Of a DNA stretch of 64,000 nt, positions 36,986-51,454 are shown in pieces (within the stretch, counting starts at the first letter, position 1; each line of letters opens with the position of its first letter). The DNA is taken from contig OZ249436.1 in the NCBI GenBank assembly GCA_965235115.1, forward strand, positions 44,766,001-44,830,000, read 5' to 3'. Under the pieces are notes generated by a model. The model made no database searches. It was not told where the DNA came from and worked only from the letters and a program-made list of their open reading frames with translations. Made by a program: the position numbers and the translations under genes. Source of the DNA: Laetmonice hystrix (lineage: Eukaryota).

Positions 36986-37552
36986 TCGTTCCCGTCATGA
37001 AGATGTCTCACAGGTTGCCGCTAGGGACGTGAAACCATCTACCACCCACCCATGTCTCAGGCAGAATAACTCAAGATGAATCTTAGTTGTCATTCAATCT
37101 GAGGTATTCTCATACCGATACTGCCTAGCCCACGCAGAGAGCCAACTTTTGTTCAGGCAAAATGTCACTTGAGGTCTCACATCCGAGCGTGGGGCCGTGG
37201 ATATTATGTTTAAATGATCGGGGAATGCCACTGCTGCTACTCAACTTCTCGGGTCGATTCCAGCGAGGACAATGAGGAACGAAACAGGAACATTGATTCC
37301 CCCTTTCTTATTTCTATGTCATGTACGTAACCTCATCGATGGAACCCAGCCCTAAAGGATATTGAAATGAATAGTAATAAACTGGACCTAGGTTCAGGCC
37401 AGGACCGTAACCAAATCTTCTTACCTAGGTTCAGGCCAGGACCGTAACCAAATCTTCTTTAAGGCGACAAGCCGAGGAACACTCTTCTAGGGGGTCTGGG
37501 GGCATGTCCCTGTTATCAGTTTGCAGTACGTCTTTAAGTGCTGAACCCACCA

Positions 37553-37731
37553 AGGCGATTCCCCTTGCGACGCCCATGCGATTTTGACATCACCCTTTTA
37601 TTTTACTGTAATTTTGAGATTAAAGGATGGAACCCATTTCCTGAAACGGAGAAGGCCAGCCAGGAAAAAATTCAGAGTGAAATTCCACCATTAAATCAAA
37701 AACCGCATGGCCGTCGCAAGGGGAATCGCCT
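37553..37731. mobile_element. MITE-like element (partial inverted copy at ~54725-54892)
   Basis: IR AGGCGATTCCCCTTGCGAC / GTCGCAAGGGGAATCGCCT; dispersed near-identical copy. Confidence 0.7.
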
Positions 37732-37765
37732 AGCTCTTGCAAGGCAAATCCTGGATCTGCTCTTG

Positions 37766-40700
37766 TTAGCCCATCCCATATCCATGGGATGGGCTCTTGA
37801 AATTGTGTGGTTTCGTCTTCCCTATTATTAGCCCATCCCATATCCATGGGATGGGCTCTTGAAATTGTGTGGTTTCGTCTTCCCTATTATTAGCCCATCC
37901 CATATCCATGGGATGGGCTCTTGAAATTGTGTGGTTTCGTCTTCCCTATTATTATTATTATTATTATTATTTGCGCAGGTGTAGTAGTAGTAGTAAAACA
38001 ATCAGACTTATCTTGTAATATCTTGGTCATTTTTTATCATATCTCAACCAAACTTGGCAGGCCTGTAGACAATTAGGAAATCTCACCTTACAAATGTCAG
38101 TGACATGACGTGACGTTACTTCATGACGTAATCACGTCATTAGTATGGTGACTTTTTACCTACTTTTACCTACTTTTTAGATTACCTACTAATTAGAACA
38201 TTTACATTGTTTTCTGACATTTGACACGACTCAAGGTCCTCTTTTATTTTGACCCTTTATTTGACCTTTGACCTATGACCCTAGTCAGATATGGGTCAAT
38301 GGTAAGAAATCAGTCAAATCACTACTTCTCTGTCATTTTTTGTTAAATTTTGACCATTTTTTGCAGAGACATTCCCCATTACGAGATTAAAGAAATATAG
38401 CTTTGTTTAAGAGATATGACATAATTGCGCTGAACCACGTGACCTTGAAGTTTCGAACATAGGTCACATTACACATTCAGTGTGATATCTTGTAAATGGT
38501 GCAAGATACAGACAAAGTTACTATTGAAGATGAATAGGAAGTCATACATGCTCTTTCAATTGGAACCAAGATTTATGACGTAGCATGACGTATGACGTCA
38601 TAATGACGTCATTGAATCTTTTGATGCTTATAACTCCTAAACGGTGAGAGAGGGAGCCATGGTTACTATTAAACATGAATAGGAAGTCATGCATGCTCTT
38701 TCAGTTGGCACCAAGATTTATGACGTAGCATGACGTATGACATCATAATGACGTCATTGCATTTTCTGAGGCTTATAAAACGGTGAGAGATGGAGCCATG
38801 GTTACTCTTGAACATGGATAGGAAGTCATCCATGCTCTTTCAATTGGCACCAAGATTTATGACGTAGCATGACGTATGGCATCATAATGACGTCATTGCA
38901 TTTTCTGAGGCTTATAAGTCTTAAACGGTGAGAGATGGAGCCATGGTTACTATTGAACAAGAATAGGAAGTCATGCATTCTCCTTCAATTGGCACCAAGA
39001 TTTATGACGTAGCATGACGTATCATGTCATAATGACGTCATTGAATCTTTTGAGGCTTATAACTCCTAAACGGTGAGAGGTGGAGCCATGATTACTCTTA
39101 AACATGAATAGGAAGTCATGTATGCTCTTTCATTTGGCACCAAAATTTATGATGTAGAAGGATGTATGACATCATAATGACGTCATTGCGACTTCTGAAG
39201 CTTATAAGTCTTAAACGGTGAGAGATGGAGCCACGGTTACTATTGAACATGAATAGGAAGTCATACATATTCTTTCAATTGGCACCAAGATTTATGACGT
39301 AGCATGACGTATGACGTAATAATGACGTCATTGCGTTTTCTGAGGCTTATTAGTCTTAAACGGTGATAGATGGAGCCACGGTTACTATTGAACATGAATA
39401 GGAAGTCATACATGCTCTTTCAGTTGGCACCAAGATTTATGACCTAACAGGATGTATGACATCATAATGACGCCATTGCATTTTCTCAGGCTTATAAGTC
39501 TTAAACGGTGAGAGATGGGGCCATGATTACTCTTGAACATGAATAGGAAGTCATACATGCTCTTTCAATTGGCACCAAGATTTATGACGTAGCATGACGT
39601 ATGGCATCATAATGACGTCATTGCATTTTCTGAGGCTTATAAGTCTTAAACGGTGAGAGGTGGAGCCATGGTTACTATTGAACAAGAATAGGAAGTCATG
39701 CATTCTCCTTCAATTGGCACCATGATTTTATGACGTAACATGACGTATGGCATCATAATGACGTCATTGCATCTTCTAAGGCTTATACGTTTTGAACGCT
39801 GAGAGATGGAGCCATGGTTACTATTGAACATGAATAGGAAGTCATACATGCTCTTTCATTTGGCACCAAAATTTATGATGTAGAAGGATGTATGACATCA
39901 TAATGACGTCATTGCGACTTCTGAAGCTTATAAGTCTTAAACGGTGAGAGATGGAGCCACGGTTACTATTGAACATGAATAGGAAGTCATACATATTCTT
40001 TCAATTGGCACCAAGATTTATGACCTAACAGGATGTATGACATCATAATGACGTCATTGCATTTTCTCAGGCTTATAAGTCTTAAACGGTGAGAGATGGG
40101 GCCATGATTACTCTTGAACATGAATAGGAAGTCATGCATTCTCCTTCAATTGGCACCATGATTTTATGACGTAACATGACGTATGGCATCATAATGACGT
40201 CATTGCATCTTCTAAGGCTTATACGTTTTGAACGCTGAGAGATGGAGCCATGGTTACTATTGAACATGAATAGGAAGTCATACATGCTCTTTCATTTGGC
40301 ACCAAAATTTATGATGTAGAAGGATGTATGACGTCATAATGACGTCATTGCGACTTCTGAAGCTTATAAGTCTTAAACGGTGAGAGATGGAGCCACGGTT
40401 ACTATTGAACATGAATAGGAAGTCATACATATTCTTTCAATTGGCACCAAGATTTATGACGTAGCATGACGTATGACGTAATAATGACGTCATTGCGTTT
40501 TCTGAGGCTTATTAGTCTTAAACGGTGATAGATGGAGCCACGGTTACTATTGAACATGAATAGGAAGTCATACATGCTCTTTCAGTTGGCACCAAGATTT
40601 ATGACATTTAGAAGATTAAAGAAATATAGCTTTGTTTAAGCGATATGACGTAATTTCGCTGAACCACGTGACCTTGAAGTTTCGAACATAGGTCACATTA

Positions 40701-43700
40701 CACATTCAGTGTGATATCTTGTAAACGGTGCAAGATACAGACAAAGTTACTATTGAAGATGAATAGGAAGTCATACATCCCCTTTCAATTGGAACCAAGA
40801 TTTATGACGTAGCATGAGGTATGACGTCATAATGACGTCATTGAATCTTTTGAGCCTTATAACTCCTAAACGGTGAGAGGGAAGTCATCCATCCTCTTTC
40901 AAATAACACCAAGATTAATGACGTAACATGAGGTCTAAGGGTTTAAACATGATTTTCAGTGTGTGGCCCCAGATCACAGCACGAGGACCGAGACGGAACG
41001 TCGAGGTCCGAGTGCTGTGATCTGGGGCCACACACTGAAAATCATGTTTAAACCCTGTTCTACCATGACAATACCATATCTTAGACACTATTCTATTTCA
41101 TAAATAATACCTAAAATATCAGAAAAAAGGCTTACCGAGTTTATAAGCTCTACATTACGACCGTGTTTACAAGTGGCAGTGCATTCCGAGCACGTTATGA
41201 AAGGCGCCACCTCAGTGGTTCATATCAGTGTAATTGTGACGCTCTCACCATTGTTAGTAATTGTGTCGTCGTCATTGTGATTGTGTCGGCATAATTAAAT
41301 AGATTCTGAACCAATCACGTTCTATCTTACAACCGCTGACCGTGCTGTTGGTCGCTTTTACCGTGCTGTTGGTCTCGAGACCAACAGCACGGTGTTAATC
41401 CATCGTTCTCTATAGGGAGTGCACGGCTAGGCATGGTAGAACTAGTAACCATGTCTCCAGCCTCCAGGGTTTAAGACTTATAAGCCTTCGAAGATGTCAA
41501 TGACGTCATTATGACGTCATACCTCATGTTACGTCATAATGCCATAATGCATTGGCATATTAGTCTGAAGGCATGCAAGATAGAGTCATGGTTACTATTG
41601 AACACGAATAGGAAATCATGTATGCTGTTTACATTGACACCAATATTTATGACATAGCCTGATGTATGATGTCACCAAAATTTATGACATAACGTGACGT
41701 ATGATGTCATAATGATGTCTAGGACAGGTTATGCATTAGCCTTAGCCTAGCCTAATAATATAAGCTTGTTTGGCAATTATGCATTAATGCTATATCAATA
41801 TCACCACACCAATGTCAAATCTCCTTCATTTTAATGATTTATCATCACATGTCATATGACATCTGACATGTAACACCAAGGGATGGGCTCCATCGTTGTC
41901 ACGACAACGACAGGTCTAGTTATTATTATTATTATTTGCGCAGGTGTAGTAGTAGTAGTAAAACAATCAGACTTATCTTGTAATATCTTGGTCATTTTTT
42001 ATCATATCTCAACCAAACTTGGCAGGCCTGTAGACAATTAGGAAATCTCACCTTACAAATGTCAGTGACATGACGTGACGTTACGTCATGACGTAATCAC
42101 GTCATTAGTATGGTGACTTTTTACCTACTTTTACCTACTTTTTAGATTACCTACTAATTAGAACATTTACATTGTTTTCTGACATTTGACACGACTCAAG
42201 GTCCTCTTTTATTTTGACCCTTTATTTGACCTTTGACCTATGACCCTAGTCAGATATGGGTCAATGGTAAGAAATCAGTCAAATCACTACTTCTCTGTCA
42301 TTTTTTGTTAAATTTTGACCATTTTTTGCAGAGACATTCCCCATTACGAGATTAAAGAAATATAGCTTTTTTTAAGAGATATGACATAATTGCGCTGAAC
42401 CACGTGACCTTGAAGTTTCGAACATAGGTCACATTACACATTCAGTGTGATATCTTGTAAATGGTGCAAGATACAGACAAAGTTACTATTGAACATGAAT
42501 AGGAAGTCATACATGCTCTTTCAATTGGAACCAGGATTTATGACGTAGCATGACGTATGACGTCATAATGACGTCATTGAATCTTTTGATGCTTATAACT
42601 CCTAAACGGTGAGAGAGGGAGCCATGGTTACTATTAAACATGAATAGGAAGTCATGCATGCTCTTTCAGTTGGCACCAAGATTTATGACGTAGCATGACG
42701 TATGACATCATAATGACGTCATTGCATTTTCTGAGGCTTATAAAACGGTGAGAGATGGAGCCATGGTTACTCTTGAACATGGATAGGAAGTCATCCATGC
42801 TCTTTCAATTGGCACCAAGATTTATGACGTAGCATGACGTATGGCATCATAATGACGTCATTGCATTTTCTGAGGCTTATAAGTCTTAAACGGTGAGAGA
42901 TGGAGCCATGGTTACTATTGAACAAGAATAGGAAGTCATGCATTCTCCTTCAATTGGCACCAAGATTTATGACGTAGCATGACGTATGATGTCATAATGA
43001 CGTCATTGAATCTTTTGAGGCTTATAACTCCTAAACGGTGAGAGGTGGAGCCATGATTACTCTTAAACATGAATAGGAAGTCATACATGCTCTTTCATTT
43101 GGCACCAAAATTTATGATGTAGAAGGATGTATGACATCATAATGACGTCATTGCGACTTCTGAAGCTTATAAGTCTTAAACGGTGAGAGATGGAGCCACG
43201 GTTACTATTGAACATGAATAGGAAGTCATACATATTCTTTCAATTGGCACCAAGATTTATGACGTAGCATGACGTATGACGTAATAATGACGTCATTGCG
43301 TTTTCTGAGGCTTATTAGTCTTAAACGGTGATAGATGGAGCCACGGTTACTATTGAACATGAATAGGAAGTCATACATGCTCTTTCAGTTGGCACCAAGA
43401 TTTATGACCTAACAGGATGTATGACATCATAATGACGTCATTGCATTTTCTCAGGCTTATAAGTCTTAAACGGTGAGAGATGGGGCCATGATTACTCTTG
43501 AACATGAATAGGAAGTCATACATGCTCTTTCAATTGGCACCAAGATTTATGACGTAGCATGACGTATGGCATCATAATGACGTCATTGCATTTTCTGAGG
43601 CTTATAAGTCTTAAACGGTGAGAGATGGAGCCATGGTTACTATTGAACAAGAATAGGAAGTCATGCATTCTCCTTCAATTGGCACCATGATTTTATGACG

Positions 43701-46700
43701 TAACATGACGTATGGCATCATAATGACGTCATTGCATCTTCTAAGGCTTATACGTTTTGAACGCTGAGAGATGGAGCCATGGTTACTATTGAACATGAAT
43801 AGGAAGTCATACATGCTCTTTCATTTGGCACCAAAATTTATGATGTAGAAGGATGTATGACATCATAATGACGTCATTGCGACTTCTGAAGCTTATAAGT
43901 CTTAAACGGTGAGAGATGGAGCCACGGTTACTATTGAACATGAATAGGAAGTCATACATATTCTTTCAATTGGCACCAAGATTTATGACGTCGTATGACG
44001 TAATAATGACGTCATTGCGTTTTCTGGGGCTTATTAGTCTTAAACGGTGATAGATGGAGCCACGGTTACTATTGAACATGAATAGGAAGTCATACATGCT
44101 CTTTCAGTTGGCACCAAGATTTATGACATTTAGAAGATTAAAGAAATATAGCTTTGTTTAAGCGATATGACGTAATTTCGCTGAACCACGTGACCTTGAA
44201 GTTTCGAACATAGGTCACATTACACATTCAGTGTGATATCTTGTAAACGGTGCAAGATACAGACAAAGTTACTATTGAAGATGAATAGGAAGTCATACAT
44301 CCCCTTTCAATTGGAACCAAGATTTATGACGTAGCATGAGGTATGACGTCATAATGACGTCATTGAATCTTTTGAGCCTTATAACTCCTAAACGGTGAGA
44401 GGGAAGTCATCCATCCTCTTTCAAATAACACCAAGATTAATGACGTAACATGAGGTCTAGTAACCATGTCTCCAGCTTCCAGGGTTTAAGACTTATAAGC
44501 CTTCGAAGATGTCAATGACGTCATTATGACGTCATACCTCATGTTACGTCATAATGCCATAATGCATTGGCATATTAGTCTGAAGGCATGCAAGATAGAG
44601 TCATGGTTACTATTGAACACGAATAGGAAATCATGTATGCTGTTTACATTGACACCAATATTTATGACATAGCCTGATGTATGATGTCACCAAAATTTAT
44701 GACATAACGTGACGTATGATGTCATAATGATGTCTAGGACAGGTTATGCATTAGCCTTAGCCTAGCCTAATAATATAAGCTTGGTTGGCAATTATGCATT
44801 AATGCTATATCAATATCACCACACCAATGTCAAATCTCCTTCATTTTAATGATTTATCATCACATGTCATATGACATCTGACATGTAACACCAAGGGATG
44901 GGCTCCATCGTTGTCACGACAACGACAGGTCTAGTTATTATTATTTGCGCAGGTGTAGTAGTAGTAGTAGTAAAACAATCAGACTTATCTTGTAATATCT
45001 TGGTCATTTTTTATCATATCTCAACCAAACTTGGCAGGCCTGTAGACAATTAGGAAATCTCACCTTACAAATGTCAGTGACATGACGTGACGTTACGTCA
45101 TGACGTAATCACGTCATTAGTATGGTGACTTTTTACCTACTTTTACCTACTTTTTAGATTACCTACTAATTAGAACATTTACATTGTTTTCTGACATTTG
45201 ACACGACTCAAGGTCCTCTTTTATTTTGACCCTTTATTTGACCTTTGACCTATGACCCTAGTCAGATATGGGTCAATGGTAAGAAATCGGTCAAATCACT
45301 ACTTCTCTGTCATTTTTTGTTACATTTTGACCATTTTTTGCAGAGACATTCCCCATTACGAGATTAAAGAAATATAGCTTTGTTTCAGAGATATGACATA
45401 ATTGCGCTGAACCACGTGACCGTGAAGTTTCGAACATAGGTCACATTACACATTCAGTGTGATATCTTGTAAATGGTGCAAGATACAGACAAAGTTACTA
45501 TTGAAGATGAATAGGAAGTCATACATGCTCTTTCAATTGGAACCAAGATTTATGACGTAGCACGACGTATGACGTCATAATGACGTCATTGAATCTTTTG
45601 ATGCTTATAACTCCTAAACGGTGAGAGAGGGAGCCATGGTTACTATTAAACATGAATAGGAAGTCATGCATGCTCTTTCAGTTAACACCAAGATTTATGA
45701 CGTAGCATGACGTATGACATCATAATGACGTCATTGCATTTTCTGAGGCTTATAAAACGGTGAGAGATGGAGCCATGGTTACTCTTCAACATGGATAGGA
45801 AGTCATCCATGCTCTTTCAATTGGCACCAAGATTTATGACGTAGCATGACGTATGATGTCATAATGACGTCATTGAATCTTTTGAGGCTTATAAGTCTTA
45901 AACGGTAAGAGATGGAGCCATGGTTACTATTGAACAAGAATAGGAAGTCATGCATTCTCCTTCAATTGGCACCAAGATTTATGACGTAGCATGACGTATG
46001 ATGTCATAATGACGTCATTGAATCTTTTGAGGCTTATAACTCCTAAACGGTGAGAGGTGGAGCCATGATTACTCTTGAACATGAATAGGAAGTCATACAT
46101 GCTCTTTCATTTGGCACCAAAATTTATGATGTAGAAGGATGTATGACATCATAATGACGTCATTGCGACTTCTGAAGCTTATAAGTCTTAAACGGTGAGA
46201 GATGGAGCCACGGTTACTATTGAACATGAATAGGAAGTCATACATATTATTTCAATTGGCACCAAGATTTATGACGTAGCATGACGTATGACGTAATAAT
46301 GACGTCATTGCGTTTTCTGAGGCTTATTAGTCTTAAACGGTGATAGATGGAGCCACGGTTACTATTGAACATGAATAGGAAGTCATACATGCTCTTTTAG
46401 TTGGCACCAAGATTTATGACCTAACAGGATGTATGACATCATAATGACGTCATTGCATTTTCTGAGGCTTATAAGTCTTAAACGGTGAGAGATGGAGCCA
46501 TGATTACTCTTGAACATGAATAGGAAGTCATACATGCTCTTTCAATTGGCACCAAGATTTATGACGTAGCATGACGTATGGCATCATAATGACGTCATTG
46601 CATGTTCTGAGGCTTATAAGTCTTAAACGGTAAGAGATGGAGCCATGGTTACTATTGAACAAGAATAGGAAGTCATGCATTCTCCTTCAATTGGCACCAA

Positions 46701-48680
46701 GATTTTATGACGTAACATGACGTATGGCATCATAATGACGTCATTGCATCTTCTAAGGCTTATACGTTTTGAACGCTGAGAGATGGAGCCATGGTTACTA
46801 TTGAACATGAATAGGAAGTCACACATGCTCTTTCATTTGGCACCAAAATTTATGATGTAGAAGGATGTATGACATCATAATGACGTCATTGCGACTTCTG
46901 AAGCTTATAAGTCTTAAACGGTGAGAGATGGAGCCACGGTTACTATTGAACATGAATAGGAAGTCATACATATTCTTTCAATTGGCACCAAGATTTATGC
47001 CGTAGCATGACGTATGACGTAATAATGACGTCATTGCGTTTTCTGAGGCTTATTAGTCTTAAACGGTGATAGATGGAGCCACGGTTACTATTGAACATGA
47101 ATAGGAAGTCATACATGCTCTTTTAGTTGGCACCAAGATTTATGACCTAACAGGATGTATGACATCATAATGACGTCATTGCATTTTCTGAGGCTTATAA
47201 GTCTTAAACGGTGAGAGATGGAGCCATGATTACTCTTGAACATGAATAGGAAGTCATACATGCTCTTTCAATTGGCACCAACATTTATGACGTAGCATGA
47301 CGTATGGCATCATAATGACGTCATTGCATTTTCTGAGGCTTATAAGTCTTAAACGGTGAGAGATGGAGCCATGGTTACTATTGAACAAGAATAGGAAGTC
47401 ATGCATTCTCCTTCAATTGGCACCAAGATTTTATGACGTAACATGACGTATGGCATTATAATGACGTCATTGCATCTTCTAAGGCTTATACGTTTTGAAC
47501 GCTGAGAGATGGCGCCATGGTTACTATTGAATATGAATAGGAAGTCACACATGCTCTTTCATTTGGCACCAAAATTTATGATGTAGAAGGATGTATGACA
47601 TCATAATGACGTCATTGCGACTTCTGAAGCTTATAAGTCTTAAACGGTGAGAGATGGAGCCACGGTTACTATTGAACATGAATAGGAAGTCATACATATT
47701 CTTTCAATTGGCACCAAGATTTATGACGTAGCATGACGTATGACGTAATAATGACGTCATTGCGTTTTCTGAGGCTAATAGTCTTAAACGGTGATAGGTG
47801 GAGCCACGGTTACTATTGAACATGAATAGGAAGTCATACATGCTCTTTCAGTTGGCACCAAGATTTATGACATTTAGGAGATTAAAGAAATATAGCTTTG
47901 TTTAAGCGATATGACGTAATTTCGCTGAACCACGTGACCTTGAAGTTTCGAACATAGGTCACATTACACATTCAGTGTGATATCTTGTAAACGGTGCAAG
48001 ATACAGACAAAGTTACTATTGAAGATGAATAGGAAGTCATACATCCCCTTTCAATTGGAACCAAGATTTATGACGTAGCATGAGGTATGACGTCATAATG
48101 ACGTCATTGAATCTTTTGAGGCTTATAACTCCTAAACGGTGAGAGGGAAGTCATCCATCCTCTTTCAAATAACACCAAGATTAATGACGTAACATGAGGT
48201 CTAGTAACCATGTCTCCAGCTTCCAGGGTTTAAGACTTATAAGCCTTCGAAGATGCCAATGACGTCATTATGACGTCATACCTCATGTTACGTCATAATG
48301 CCATAATGCATTGGCATATTAGTCTGAAGGCATGCAAGATAGAGTCATGGTTACTATTGAACACGAATAGGAAATCATGTATGCTGTTTACATTGACACC
48401 AATATTTATGACATAGCCTGATGTATGATGTCACCAAGATTTATGACATAACGTGACGTCTGATGTCATAATTATGTCTAGGACAGGTTATGCATTAGCC
48501 TTAGCCTAGCCTAATAATATAAGCTTGGTTAGCAATTATGCATTAATGCTATATCAATATCACCACACCAATGTCAAATCTCCTTCATTTTAATGATTTA
48601 TCATCACATGTCATATGACATCTGACATGTAACACCAAGGGATGGGCTCCATCGTTGTCACGACAACGACAGGTCTAGTT
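37766..48680 (+). mobile_element. Three Helentron/HINE (DINE-1-like) non-autonomous rolling-circle elements, arranged as 3 heads then 3 bodies
   Basis: 62-bp head x3 with hairpin AGCCCATCCC...GGGATGGGCT; (ATT)n; bodies 37973-41921, 41938-44936 and 44947-48680, each with internal ~145-bp tandem repeats, 3' sub-TIR GGGATGGGCT, hairpin TCGTTGTC-AC-GACAACGA and CTAGTT end. Confidence 0.8.
40938..41442. mobile_element. 505-bp unclassified hairpin-ended insertion in the first Helentron body
   Basis: Absent from bodies 2 and 3 (empty site GGTCTAGTAACC); TA (or CTA) duplication; terminal ~45-bp stem palindrome. Confidence 0.85.
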
Positions 48681-49155
48681 TCTACTTAGTTCCCAGTCAT
48701 GAGGAGAATGAGAAAAAGGCTAGAGACAATAAGTTGCAGCAGAAAAAGCTTGACGACTTAAAGAAGATAGAGTGGTAGTTGATTAATAGGTGGCGTCGAA
48801 TGGTTGTTTCTAACGTTTTGGTTTCCTAGGATACGAGGAGTTTTTTGTACCCTGTCAGCAATTCTTGGCCACATACAGGTATGGTCGTCATGTTCACGTT
48901 AAATACAAATGATCATTTTCTTACTCGTCCCGGTTCTAAGACACAAAGGCCTGTTCAGGATTATCAAAAGAGATCTAATAATTATGGAGTATTTGAAAGA
49001 CCTTGGCTCAGCATAATGTTTCTTCGAGCTGAGTGAAGAAGTCATTTTGTAATATGGCTCTCGCGGCATTGTAAAACCTATGCACACGGCTTTCTGCAGT
49101 ATGAAATATGAAATCAGATTTCCCCTACGGACACTACAACGTCCAACACATATAC

Positions 49156-49252
49156 TGTATGTATGTATGTATGTATGTATGTATGTATGTATGTATGTAT
49201 GTATGTATGTATGTATGTATGTATGTATGTATGTATGTATGTATGTATGTAT
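49156..49252. repeat. (TATG)n microsatellite
   Basis: Seen directly. Confidence 0.97.
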
Positions 49253-51454
49253 AACAAAACAATTTCTACTGAATTACATCGATCTAACGGCAGGTTTGAA
49301 AGAAAAACGACTGGAACGGCGATGATATTATATATTTCCACTACAAATTGTTATCGATAGGCTTATCCATTGGGACTAGAGAATGTGAGAATGTTTCTGT
49401 AATTACACGTAACCGTCCCACGACAGGCGTTGTATTGGTTCTGACCTGCTCTTATTAACCTTTGCCCTTTGAACCCCAAGAACATCATGTTAGAATTTCA
49501 GGTTCGAGTGATAAGCGAAAATATTTAAAAAATTGAATGGAAAATATGTTTCCGCTGTCCTCCTGGCTTCCACTCCGACTCCACGACCAAATTAGGCATC
49601 CTCTCTGTGATCTATAAATAGATTACCGCTCGCTCCCAGCCTTGGAGCTGGCTTCAGAAAATAGCGGACGGGTCGAACGATAACGTCGGGGTCAAAGGTA
49701 AGTAGGCCTCCCTGTACTGTTTGCTTGTATACAAGAGTAGCTAGTAGTATAGCGACGCCTCATGTTTCCTGTTTCCATGCCTTTATTGTGCAGGAGGCAG
49801 GCCATACGTTTCGTCTATCAAGCACTTTAAGCAAACTTTACATGACATGGTTGCAAATGTGATGGTTTACTGTTACAGAAAATAGAATTGTATATATTAT
49901 GCCAGTGAATATTTACAGGCCCTAGCAAGCATGACTCGTATCATTGTAACATTGGACAGACATCATATTACATATTGAAATAAAGTACGGTCTTAATTAA
50001 ATAAATAAATTAAATAGAGTATGACACTACACAGTATCCAATATGCAATAACCTATACACAAATTCCTGGAACAAATTTTGGCTTTTCTTCTTTTAACCT
50101 TCAGAGATCAAACAGATCAAACGTGCAGACATGACAAGCTCACAGCACATTTAACATATTTACAGGAACTATGAATTGGAAATTGGCCCAAATATTTGAC
50201 CTTCTTATCGATGATGAAATTTGTTTTAAAAAGTCATACACGGCGCTGTATAAACATTGAACCTATTCAATATTTGTTCTGTTTGCCGATCTTCAGAGAG
50301 CCAACCAACATGTTGTATTGAGAAAACTTGAGTTAGGATTGTTACATCATTTGTTACATTAGAATTAGTATAATAATTAGCAGGTAGAAGGGGAGACCAG
50401 GGAGCGGAGACACAAAGTGGAAGATCGGAAAGAGGAAAGTTGTTCTGGGAATCTGAATTCGGAGATGGTTCGAGATTCCCAAGATGATATCTGCCGACAC
50501 ACATGATGGAAACGGCAAAAGCTCGCCCAATGTAAGGTTTCGATTTGTTCATCTGGACGGTGCATAGTTTGCCGGACAGCGAACTCTCCAGAGGGTGGGC
50601 GAAATCCCATAATTTTACCCCCGCCCATCCACCTCCAAATTACCGCTGAATTTGGCAATCCCAAACGGCCGTGAGGCCCGTGGCTGGAACAGGCCTACCA
50701 TTGACAAGTTGTCCGCTACAATTCTCTCGTGTTATCATCATCATCTGTGGAAGCACAAACGTAATCTTACAGATTGTAAGCCAGCAGGAACGCGAGACAC
50801 ACACCATAACCCCATGTTGTCATAATATTATGCTGACCTATACGATTCTCGAGTAATCTACTAATTACTCATTTGCCTAATTAAGAGACCAAATATAGAT
50901 CAACGCAGGCCAGCTACAAGTCAGGTTAATCCATAGAACAGCTGTTGACATAAATTTTATGGAGCATACCCGTAGTCTGATATGAACTACCGTAATGAAC
51001 TTATAACATCAACTTTAACATAACAGGATGTCGACCTCAATCTTCCTGGACGGACAAGACACTCTACTTTGGATGATCTTCTAATCAATAGGATGGTTGG
51101 CTTCAGGTTGCTTCTTTGACCGGCCTGGTTGTATCCATCAGTTCCCTCAGGGTCTAACTATGATGACATTAGTCTCTTTGTAAAGAGCGTCGCATTGCCG
51201 GGGGAAGAGACAGTTTTTCTTCTTTTTAAAATGAGGTTAAAAGGGTTTTTTTTCTCTAATAACTGTGCAAGGGCAGCTGCCTGGCCTATGCTCGACCAGC
51301 AGCAGTAGATGAAGCACTACTCAGCGTCCGGGGACCTCTGATGGAACGCTACTTTCCGTTCAGTCGGGAAGAGTTCTATGTGGGATGTAGGATCACCTTA
51401 TCATAATCACCACTTATGATGGTTTCTATTCCTCTTCATCGTGTTATCCATATG

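Noticed and set aside
36735..37079. Poly-Lys/Arg and poly-Leu ORFs
   Set aside because: Translation of the (GAA)n microsatellite
39646..47552. Five near-identical 67-aa ORFs
   Set aside because: Fall in one monomer subtype of a non-coding internal repeat; no Rep/helicase motifs
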